64,000 nt of DNA from Candidatus Omnitrophota bacterium (GTDB lineage: Bacteria; Omnitrophota; Gorgyraeia; Gygaellales; Profunditerraquicolaceae), in NCBI GenBank assembly GCA_043812955.1, contig JBDRLN010000012.1:12749-76748 (forward strand). Direction: 5' to 3'. The notes beneath the pieces are model-generated. The model was not told the DNA's origin, did not search any database, and was given only the letters and a program-made list of their open reading frames with translations. Below are positions 28,598-37,016 of this stretch, piece by piece (position 1 is the stretch's first letter; each line of letters starts with the position of its first letter). The position numbers and the translations under genes are program-made.

Positions 28598-29980
28598 TTA
28601 TTCTAAATAAATATCTTTATCGCCCCTGATGCTCCCTCCTTTAATCTTACTGTGCAATTCTTCTTTAGACAACGCAAAAAGAGGGCTGATCTCTACTCTT
28701 ACCTGTGGCTCTACTTTAATTCCTGCATCATTGAGCCAATTTTTATACATGTTACTCAATATCTTTCTAACGGTTTCCGGGGAATCATCGCCCTGTTTAT
28801 TCTTCAGCGGAGCAAATTCTTCTTCGCGGGATATTTCCATACAGCAGGTGTTTTTCGCTAAAGGTATGGCGTCGAAAATAAAGGTTTCAAATTTCCATCC
28901 TTTGATTTCTGTGATTTCATCTTGCGCTCCAAATGAATCTAACATTTTAATAGCATGATGATACGGCAAAGCAAATCCGGACTCATTTAAACGCTGGATG
29001 AAAACTAGAGAAACCATATGTATTGCAGTATTACCCGCCCAATCGCGGATTTGCCCGTTATTATCTAAGATGCAGCGGTTATCCGAGTCTAACTCGCTGT
29101 ACTCAATAACTTTTGCCTTGCCATTTTCAGCGGCAAAGATCCCGACCTTTTCCTCACAGCTTCTGCGGCGCACTATTTTAGTAGACATTTCTGAATCTTC
29201 CATCTTATGATACCCGATGAAAACCGGATCCATTATCTTTACCAAGAGATTGTCGATCTGACAATAGAACAAATCGGAATATCCATCTTCAATTAGTTGT
29301 TTTAACAAACCGGAGTCACGCAACGCCTTGATACAACCACCGTGACCGTTTGGATTAACGAATAGATGAGTTTTGTCCTTTAAAATTAATTTACCATCTA
29401 CAGTTAAAGTAGGAAGCATCTCCTGCTCAAAGAAATGCACCGTTTGCGGATCGAGGGTAAAAAAATTATGGGTTTTAAAAAAGTCTTTTACTTCCGGCAG
29501 CATTTCCGTATCCGTCATTATCAGCAACGGAATAACAACTTTGTAGCGCAAAGATAAAGCCCTGACCGACTCGGCAAAAAGCTGGAATAAAGATTTGTTT
29601 TTTACGGGAGAAATCGGAAACATTCCTTTAGGGCCATTAAAACCTAAACGAGAGCCATGTCCTCCGGCTACGATCAAAACAGCTATCTTGTTCTTGGAGA
29701 TTATTGACTCACCCAATATGCGCGCCTCGTCCCTTTGCACTTGCTCATCAGAATCTTTAGGAATACTAAATATCGGTGATGGATAGATGTCTATGCGATG
29801 TTTGACGGGTAATTTTTGAACGGACGCCTTTTTATAAAGTGAGAAGACGAGCTCAAAATCAAGATTCCCGATTTCACCGATAAACTTTTCTTTCTCCAAA
29901 AGGCTTAACGACTGGTAATGCCTAAGAATATGGGTTTGGTTATATACTTTAAGCAGATTTAAAAAATATTCTTCTTTCAT
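28598..29980 (-). CDS. UDP-sugar pyrophosphorylase (UAP/UGP-type UDPGP family)
   Basis: AGGHGSRLGFNGPKG, PNGHGG, IEYSE, KFETFIFD, EFAPLKN. Confidence 0.88.
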   Translation of the reverse strand: MKEEYFLNLLKVYNQTHILRHYQSLSLLEKEKFIGEIGNLDFELVFSLYKKASVQKLPVKHRIDIYPSPIFSIPKDSDEQVQRDEARILGESIISKNKIAVLIVAGGHGSRLGFNGPKGMFPISPVKNKSLFQLFAESVRALSLRYKVVIPLLIMTDTEMLPEVKDFFKTHNFFTLDPQTVHFFEQEMLPTLTVDGKLILKDKTHLFVNPNGHGGCIKALRDSGLLKQLIEDGYSDLFYCQIDNLLVKIMDPVFIGYHKMEDSEMSTKIVRRRSCEEKVGIFAAENGKAKVIEYSELDSDNRCILDNNGQIRDWAGNTAIHMVSLVFIQRLNESGFALPYHHAIKMLDSFGAQDEITEIKGWKFETFIFDAIPLAKNTCCMEISREEEFAPLKNKQGDDSPETVRKILSNMYKNWLNDAGIKVEPQVRVEISPLFALSKEELHSKIKGGSIRGDKDIYLE

Positions 29981-30033
29981 GGTTTACCTATCCGTATCGT
30001 CTAAAACCTTTAATCGCAGCATATTTTTTAAGT

Positions 30034-30738
30034 TTAATTATTATGAAGACTGTATGTTTTCATTAATAAAGCGTATTTAAAGGCGCCCTTACCCTGTATT
30101 TTAATCGGGACCCGCGGAGTCTCCTTGTTAACCCAGATCTCAAACTCATCGGGGATACTTTTAAAATGGTAAGCCTGGTATTTACCGGCAGGGACCGTTA
30201 TTTCATCTATTGAAACTAATTCTAATCTAAATTCAGCGGGGACTCTTATAGTAAAACTCCAGCCTATTTCAATATCAGGATGCCTGCGTATATAAAAAGG
30301 GATCAGGATTGTGTTCTGGATCGGGCTGCCTGCTTTGGTTATCTGCTCCTTTATTAATTTCACGCCTTTAAACTTCCTTGTTACAACTGTAAATTTCTGC
30401 TGGTCATATTCTTCTGTTATATATTCCTTACTCAAGAACCCGGAGATGGCGCGTTCTATCCTGTACGGCAATAAGCTTTCCGGGTCGCTATAAATTTTCT
30501 CCGTGTCCTCAAAAAAAAATACCTTAGTCTTAAACGTTACTAAATTAACCTTTACCCCGTTTAAATCAACCACCCCAAGGTCGTTATATTCTGATCTTCC
30601 AAAAGGGCTTATAAGATACGTTATGCTTTCTCCTGTATAATCATGACTGCCGGTTTCCCCCTTCAATAAATCATTGCCTGCAAAAACCATTAAAACTATC
30701 GCCGATACAATAAGTATTTTATTGATTTTCATATTCAT
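30034..30738 (-). CDS. Secreted protein, DUF3108-like (paralog of 33509-34222)
   Basis: Signal peptide; ITVPAGKYQAY...IW...RVPIKI motif. Confidence 0.65.
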   Translation of the reverse strand: MNMKINKILIVSAIVLMVFAGNDLLKGETGSHDYTGESITYLISPFGRSEYNDLGVVDLNGVKVNLVTFKTKVFFFEDTEKIYSDPESLLPYRIERAISGFLSKEYITEEYDQQKFTVVTRKFKGVKLIKEQITKAGSPIQNTILIPFYIRRHPDIEIGWSFTIRVPAEFRLELVSIDEITVPAGKYQAYHFKSIPDEFEIWVNKETPRVPIKIQGKGAFKYALLMKTYSLHNN

Positions 30739-30776
30739 TTACCTTGGCAAATCTTGAGACTACATGCTTACATCTG

Positions 30777-31748
30777 TCATAAGGAGTGACCACCTGCTAT
30801 GGTAAGCCCAAGCAGTTCCTCCACTATTGAAACAAGCAAAGCGGATTGCTTAGAGACGCTATCAATTACTTTTTTTTGTTCCTCATTAAGAGCTCCGTAT
30901 GATCCATCCTGAAGTAATGATAGGTTTCCGTTAATCACTCCCAACGGTGTACGCAGTTTATGCGAAATAAGAGTTAAGGTATCCTGTTTTTGAAATTCTT
31001 CCGTGCGCGATAAGGTAACATCGCGTAAAACAAAAACAGTGCTTAATAGCTCTCCGGCTGAATTCTTTATCACATTCAAATTTACCTCTAAATATAATGC
31101 CTCTGTCGAATCGCTCTTTTGGCGCACTATATCAAATGTTTTATGCGTAATCGCTAAATCCATAAGAGCTTCTTTTTTTATAGAAACAGAATAATTCGTG
31201 AATAACTTTTCGACCAAATTAACATTCGCCGGATCGGTAATATTTAAATACTTTAAAATCTCCGCATTGCAATCTTTAATTAGATAATCCGGGGCGCAGA
31301 TTGCAATGCCATCGCTTACTTTATCAACCACTGCCTTAAATTTCTCCTTTTCCTCTAACTGCCGGCGGTAATAACTTATCTTGAGTATAGACTTAACTCT
31401 TGCTAATAGTTCAACCTTATCAACGGGCTTGGAGATAAAATCATCGCATCCTGCCTCAAGGGCTTTTACCTTGTCTTCGGTCTCCTTAAGTACGGTTACC
31501 ATTACCACCGGGATTTCCTTAGTCTTTTCGTCGGCACGCAAATTCTTGAGCACTTCTATGCCGGACATCTTGGGCATCATTACGTCCAGCAGAATCAGAT
31601 CGATTTGGTTATGGATAAGTTTTTCCAACGCTTCTTCACCGCTTGCCGCCTTGACAATTTCATAACCCTGCGGAACAAGATATGCTTCGAGAAGTTCAAT
31701 GTTTTGAGGCTGGTCATCAACAACTAAAATTACTGATTTGTCTTTCAT
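30777..31748 (-). CDS. Response regulator REC-PAS-HisKA, lacking an ATPase domain
   Basis: VDDQ, LLDVMMP; ISHKLRTPL near the C-terminus, then stop. Confidence 0.8.
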   Translation of the reverse strand: MKDKSVILVVDDQPQNIELLEAYLVPQGYEIVKAASGEEALEKLIHNQIDLILLDVMMPKMSGIEVLKNLRADEKTKEIPVVMVTVLKETEDKVKALEAGCDDFISKPVDKVELLARVKSILKISYYRRQLEEKEKFKAVVDKVSDGIAICAPDYLIKDCNAEILKYLNITDPANVNLVEKLFTNYSVSIKKEALMDLAITHKTFDIVRQKSDSTEALYLEVNLNVIKNSAGELLSTVFVLRDVTLSRTEEFQKQDTLTLISHKLRTPLGVINGNLSLLQDGSYGALNEEQKKVIDSVSKQSALLVSIVEELLGLTIAGGHSL

Positions 31749-31790
31749 CCTCTACCTCTTTTGAGTTTGACTTTTCAACATATTAGAAAC

Positions 31791-32156
31791 TCACTTAATA
31801 AACTGACTGACTTCTTTCGCAAAGGTGCGCGTATTTATCGGCTTGCCAATAAATCCGGAATTAGGTATGTCTTCTATCTCTTTTTTTCCTTCCGCCATAA
31901 CCGAAGCAGTCACAAAAACAATTGGGATACCGATTGTCTCTTTGTCTTCGCGCAATATTCTAGCAGCTTCGCTACCACGCATATCCGGAAGCCGCACATC
32001 CATAATTATGATATCCGGTTTTTCTCTCTTGGTAATGGCAATTCCATCGGTAGCATTTTCAGCTTCAAATACTTCAAAGCCAGCGACCTCCAAAAGGTCT
32101 TTTTCCAGCATCAGATTATTTCTATTATCATCGACAATTACAACTTTCTTCTTCAT
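31791..32156 (-). CDS. Single-domain response regulator (DivK-like)
   Basis: IVDDN, MDVRLP, VTAS, GKP; SD before ATG 32156. Confidence 0.9.
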   Translation of the reverse strand: MKKKVVIVDDNRNNLMLEKDLLEVAGFEVFEAENATDGIAITKREKPDIIIMDVRLPDMRGSEAARILREDKETIGIPIVFVTASVMAEGKKEIEDIPNSGFIGKPINTRTFAKEVSQFIK

Positions 32157-32157
32157 C

Positions 32158-33435
32158 TCAAACCTCCTTTCTTGAAGCAATGGGCAGAGTAAACTTTACT
32201 CCGGTCCCTTTATTTAGCCCTCCCGATTCTACAGAAAAATTCCCGCCGTGCAGCTCAACCAGTTTTTTCGAGAGCGGCAATCCCAGCCCTGTCCCTTCAG
32301 TTACCCGGGAATACGGAGTATCGACCCGAAAAAACCCTTCAAAGACTTTCCCTATGTTCTCCGGAGCGATACCGACTCCCGTATCCCAAACCTCTACTTC
32401 TATCTTAGAATCAACTTTCTTCGCCCGCATGCCGATTTTACCACCATCAGGGGTAAACTTGACCGCGTTGGAAAGGAGGTTGTAAATTATCTCTTTTATC
32501 TTGAGCTCATCCCCCTCAATATCTGGAAGGTCTTCGGCTATTTCAAGCAATATTTGAAGCTTCTTTTTACTGACCATATCCGCTACCAGCAGTGAAATCT
32601 CATTTAACAGGCTTTTCATAGGTAAGCTGGATAATGCCAGCTTCATCTTTCCGGATTCAACTTTTGCCATATCAAGTATCTGATTTATCAGTAAGAGGAG
32701 GTGTTTTCCGCTAGTTAAAATATTATTAATGTATTTTTTCTGCTTCTCGTTAAGCGGCCCGAAAGTCTCATCCCATAATATCTCAGAGAAACCGTTAATG
32801 GAGTTAAGCGGAGTCCTGAGCTCATGCGACATGTTGGCCAGGAACTCGGATTTTGCCCGGGTGGTACGTTTTAACTCGACGGCCAACTCCTGTAACTCTT
32901 TATGGGTCTTTTCCAGGCCTTTTTCTATCTCCCTGCGCTCGGTGATATCCTCGATAGCCAGAAGGATAACCCGCTCTTTACCCAGCACTTGTTTAATCTG
33001 CCGGGCATTCAGAAGCATTGTGCGCCTGCCAATGGTAGTAAAATCGTGTTCCACCTCATAGTTATCAAAGGTTGCTTTTTGGGGAAGGATGGTTTCCAGC
33101 AGTTCCCGCAGCTTGGGGATATTCCACTGTTTATTGCCCAGGTCATAAATAAGCTGCCCCACGGTCTCTTCAGGCTTTACCTTAAAGAATTCGTAGAAAG
33201 AACGGCTGACGGAGACCACCCTTAAGTCTTGATCCAGAGAAATCAAGGGTTCACGCACAGTGTTGATGATGCTCTCGGCGAATTCGAGGGCACCCTGAGC
33301 TACTCGCTCTGTTTTTTTACTTCCTTTAATTTCTTGGTGAAGCTGCTTGATAGTCTTTCTTCCTGGCACGGTGCGGATTTCTGCCCGATCCTGGATTTTT
33401 TTGGAGAATTTAATATTTTTCTTTTTATCTTTCAT
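32158..33435 (-). CDS. Cytoplasmic PAS histidine kinase
   Basis: PAS, MSHELRTPL, NLLSNAVKFT, DTGVGI, GTGLGL; start placed at ATG 33435. Confidence 0.92.
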   Translation of the reverse strand: MKDKKKNIKFSKKIQDRAEIRTVPGRKTIKQLHQEIKGSKKTERVAQGALEFAESIINTVREPLISLDQDLRVVSVSRSFYEFFKVKPEETVGQLIYDLGNKQWNIPKLRELLETILPQKATFDNYEVEHDFTTIGRRTMLLNARQIKQVLGKERVILLAIEDITERREIEKGLEKTHKELQELAVELKRTTRAKSEFLANMSHELRTPLNSINGFSEILWDETFGPLNEKQKKYINNILTSGKHLLLLINQILDMAKVESGKMKLALSSLPMKSLLNEISLLVADMVSKKKLQILLEIAEDLPDIEGDELKIKEIIYNLLSNAVKFTPDGGKIGMRAKKVDSKIEVEVWDTGVGIAPENIGKVFEGFFRVDTPYSRVTEGTGLGLPLSKKLVELHGGNFSVESGGLNKGTGVKFTLPIASRKEV

Positions 33436-33508
33436 GGTTTCACCTCTATTCATGAGAAAGGTTATTATTTAGCCCTCTCGCTAGATTGATATATTTAGAA
33501 AACTTTTC

Positions 33509-34222
33509 TTAATTATTGCGGAGACTGTATCCTTTCATTAATAAAGAACAATTAACAATACCTTTAATTTTTATTTTAAGCGGAATTCGCGGGCTGCTTT
33601 TATCGATCCAGATTTCAAACGTATCAGGCACGCTTTTAAAATGGTAAGCTTGGAATTTTCCGCCCGGAACTATTATTTCATCTATTGAAATTAATTCTAA
33701 ATTAAATTTCACAAGTTTAAGTTCATTGAGGACCTTCGCGCTAAATTGCCAGCCTATTTTAAAGTCCGGTTGCTTACGCAGATAAAAAAGAAGCGTGTTC
33801 ATATTTTGAATCGGGCCGTCTGATTTGATTAGCCGCTCCTTTACTAACTTTTTGCCTTTGAACTTTTTTATTACAACTGTAAATTTCTTCTGATCGTATT
33901 CTTCTGTTCTATATTCTTTAATCCAAAGGCCTGAATTAGTGCGCTCTGTTTTATATGGCAACGAGCTTTCCGGATCGTAAAAAATCTTTTCCATAACTTC
34001 GACAAATAATATTTTACTCTTAAGCGTTACCAAATTCGCCGTCACTCCATTTAAATCAACCGTTCCACAATCTGTATATTCCGATTTTCCGATAGGTTCT
34101 ATAAGATATTGGATTCTTTCGCCGGTATAATCATAAATACCAGCTTCTCCCCTTAATAAATTATTATCACAAAGAATAATTAAAATTATTACCGATACAA
34201 TAATTATTATTTTAATTTTCAT
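33509..34222 (-). CDS. Secreted protein, DUF3108-like (paralog of 30034-30738)
   Basis: Shared DYTGE, SEY-D-G-VDLNGV, EEYDQ-KFTVV, FQAYHFKS motifs. Confidence 0.65.
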   Translation of the reverse strand: MKIKIIIIVSVIILIILCDNNLLRGEAGIYDYTGERIQYLIEPIGKSEYTDCGTVDLNGVTANLVTLKSKILFVEVMEKIFYDPESSLPYKTERTNSGLWIKEYRTEEYDQKKFTVVIKKFKGKKLVKERLIKSDGPIQNMNTLLFYLRKQPDFKIGWQFSAKVLNELKLVKFNLELISIDEIIVPGGKFQAYHFKSVPDTFEIWIDKSSPRIPLKIKIKGIVNCSLLMKGYSLRNN

Positions 34223-35538
34223 ATTTTTGGGGTAGTCGTATCTTTAATCTTTAGGGGTTCTGTTTTCTGAAAACCGCCTTCGAGCACTGATGTAACTATG
34301 GATTTAATATAATTGCTGCAAATATCCCACTCCGCTTTCATGCGCCATTGAATGAGATACCGCGAACTATTTTTTTTGCCCAGAGAAACAGCTCTTCTTG
34401 ATCTAATTTTATCGTAAATCTCTAACGTATGTTTGGCGGCAGACATAATCGGGTATTTCTGTACCGTCATTCTTATGATCTGTTTTATGGTTTGTAACTC
34501 TTCAGGGGTTCGAGATAAAGTCCAGATAAGGGCATCAACAAAACTTTGCTGATCCATCTCATTGAGCAATCGCCCGTTGTGATAATCAACTACTACTTCC
34601 CGCGCTCCCGGAGCATTCAGCGCCACCACCGGAACTCCCGCTGCCATGGCTTCAATAAGAACTATTCCTTGTGTTTCGCTTAATGAAGCAAATGCGAAAA
34701 CATCCATGGCAAAATAAGCATCAACCAAATCCTGATAACGTAAAACCCCGGTTAAATGTAATCTTTTTTCAAGGCCAGCCTGTTCAAAGGTATCCTTGAT
34801 CAAATTTTGCGATGGGCCAAGGCCCACGATTAGAGCATGTACCTTTGGATCTTTTTTTAATAATTCAACCAGACAATTTGTCAGGAATACCAAATTCTTT
34901 TCCGGAGCCAGCCGACCGGCATGGCCAACCACTAAGGCATCGGGAGGGATCTGATGCTGCTCTCGAAAAGCAATTCCATCGCCTTTTGAAAAACGTTGTG
35001 CATCTATCCCTGTCGGAATAACCTCCATGGGAGTCTTAACGCCTCTTTTAAGTAAAATATCCTGTACGCTTTCGCTAGGCACGATTACCTGATCTACCAA
35101 ATTTGAATATCCGGCAGCAAGCTTGACCATAAATCTTTTCACTCCCTCATTTTGAACCGGCCAATCATGCACGTACTGCTCAAACATGCAGTGATAAGTA
35201 AATACAAGCGGTATGGCGTGCTGTCGACTAAGGCGTAGAGCAAAATCTCCCATGAAAAACGGGCCGTGGCTATGCACCATATCCGGCACAAATTCTTTCA
35301 TGTATCGCTTTAAGAGCCCAGAAATCGGAAAGTTAACGGAAAAAACAGTCCCGCCAAATTTTTGGAAAGCCGGAATCCGAATTACGCCTTGCTCCTCTTG
35401 CGGCGCGCCCCCAAAGGCCGGAGTAACAATCAAAACCTCATGCCCCAAACTTCTAAATGCCTCGCTAAAAGAATAAACCGATTGCTCTAATCCTCCTACC
35501 ATTGGAAAATAGGTATTCGTCATCATGAGAATATTCAT
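34219..35538 (-). CDS. GT4 glycosyltransferase (diacylglycerol glucosyltransferase-like)
   Basis: TNTYFPMVGG, GRLAPEKN, SETQGIVLIEAMAAG. Confidence 0.88.
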   Translation of the reverse strand: MNILMMTNTYFPMVGGLEQSVYSFSEAFRSLGHEVLIVTPAFGGAPQEEQGVIRIPAFQKFGGTVFSVNFPISGLLKRYMKEFVPDMVHSHGPFFMGDFALRLSRQHAIPLVFTYHCMFEQYVHDWPVQNEGVKRFMVKLAAGYSNLVDQVIVPSESVQDILLKRGVKTPMEVIPTGIDAQRFSKGDGIAFREQHQIPPDALVVGHAGRLAPEKNLVFLTNCLVELLKKDPKVHALIVGLGPSQNLIKDTFEQAGLEKRLHLTGVLRYQDLVDAYFAMDVFAFASLSETQGIVLIEAMAAGVPVVALNAPGAREVVVDYHNGRLLNEMDQQSFVDALIWTLSRTPEELQTIKQIIRMTVQKYPIMSAAKHTLEIYDKIRSRRAVSLGKKNSSRYLIQWRMKAEWDICSNYIKSIVTSVLEGGFQKTEPLKIKDTTTPKI

Positions 35539-37016
35539 TATTTATCTCCGCCTACCGTTGGACCGGCTTTTAGCTCTATAAGCGCTTTTCTCGCTGCCAC
35601 GCATATTGCTTCGTAAGAATTTTGCGCACCCATGGCCAACCCTTCCTTTTCTAGATCCTCAGTGAGAAGCGGCTTGCCGAATCTGACTCTAATCGGGTGG
35701 AGTTTGGGATACTTTGCCATACTGGGCCAGGCCTCATAAGCCCCTTCTATAGCTACAGGCACAAGCAACGCCCCTGTCTCCTTGGCTAAGATACCGAACC
35801 CTTTTTTAAATTTTCCGATTTTGCCGGTAGTACTACGCAACCCTTCCGGGAAAAAACACAAACCTTTACCGCGTTTTAATACTAAATAAGCGCTACGTAG
35901 CGCCTCCAGAAAATGCGTTGAATAATCAAAGGGAATAAGTCTCATCATCTTTACAAGATTCCTTAATAGGCGAGATTTTATAAACGGCCTAAAAAAATAC
36001 GGTATGAATAAGAAGTAAAAAAGCTGAAACACTGGCCTACGCGGCAGACTTGCGTTAATGGCCGGCCCATCAAGATCACTCGCGTGATTGGGATATAGAA
36101 TATAAGCTCCGACTTTTGGCACATTCTCTGCTCCTTCTGCCTTAATTCTGAAAAACAATCTACAAATCAAATAATCTATAGCTGTTACGCTAAATCGTAA
36201 CAGCCAGGCGGAAAAACCGGTACTGAATTCCAGCGCCCCCAAATGTTCTTCTTTCGGCAGGACTCGTAAATGTTTTTTCCAGTAGCCTGGTTCTAAAGGT
36301 AAACTTTTATCCTCCTCAGGGCGGATGCCTTTAGCTCCTTTCAACGCATCTGTTATTCCCAGGATAAGATCCTTTACAATAAAGGCTCTCGAGATTGCCT
36401 CGTCTTTTATATCAGCGTTAAAAGCTAACTCAAGGCACGAAGCCAGCTCTACCCTGCCTAATGAATCAATCCCTAAATCCAGCTCTAAAGAATCCTCGAG
36501 TATTATCGGTCTTCTAATACCAGACATCTTCTTTAAACATTCCGAAATTTTTATGCCGGTCTCGGATTCTATCAATAGATGGTCCGCAGCCGAAAGCTCT
36601 TCTAATACCGGGAGAGCGCCTTCTATTCCTGCTCTCACCCTAGGTTCATATATTTCTTTAACCGCATGTCTATCTAACTTGCCAAACAGATCATGCGGTA
36701 GCTCCTCAAGCGTAACAGTAAAACCTTTAAGCCTTTTATGAATAGGAAGCGATGGTGAGGCATTATCAAATCTCTCCTTAATGGCTAAATGCAGATTCAC
36801 TGAGGCGAATTTCCTGAATTCATCAAGATCCGGCTGAATGACAGCCCAAAGAACTTTCGATTTCCCTGCGCCTCCCATTCCGGAGACTGTAAAAACGCAC
36901 ATCTCCTTGACGGGTCCAGCCTTACTATAGAACTCCTCAATCTCTTCCGGGTAAATTTTCTTCTCCAAATTAACTATGATAAAATCTTTTAACCTAATCC
37001 TAAGGTCTTTTATCAT
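35538..37016 (-). CDS. Adenylation C-subdomain + carrier protein + PlsC acyltransferase (5'-truncated paralog of 50567-53311)
   Basis: IYPEEIE, DLGIDSLGRVEL (Ppant Ser), NHASDLD, FPEGLRS. Confidence 0.82.
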   Translation of the reverse strand: MIKDLRIRLKDFIIVNLEKKIYPEEIEEFYSKAGPVKEMCVFTVSGMGGAGKSKVLWAVIQPDLDEFRKFASVNLHLAIKERFDNASPSLPIHKRLKGFTVTLEELPHDLFGKLDRHAVKEIYEPRVRAGIEGALPVLEELSAADHLLIESETGIKISECLKKMSGIRRPIILEDSLELDLGIDSLGRVELASCLELAFNADIKDEAISRAFIVKDLILGITDALKGAKGIRPEEDKSLPLEPGYWKKHLRVLPKEEHLGALEFSTGFSAWLLRFSVTAIDYLICRLFFRIKAEGAENVPKVGAYILYPNHASDLDGPAINASLPRRPVFQLFYFLFIPYFFRPFIKSRLLRNLVKMMRLIPFDYSTHFLEALRSAYLVLKRGKGLCFFPEGLRSTTGKIGKFKKGFGILAKETGALLVPVAIEGAYEAWPSMAKYPKLHPIRVRFGKPLLTEDLEKEGLAMGAQNSYEAICVAARKALIELKAGPTVGGDK

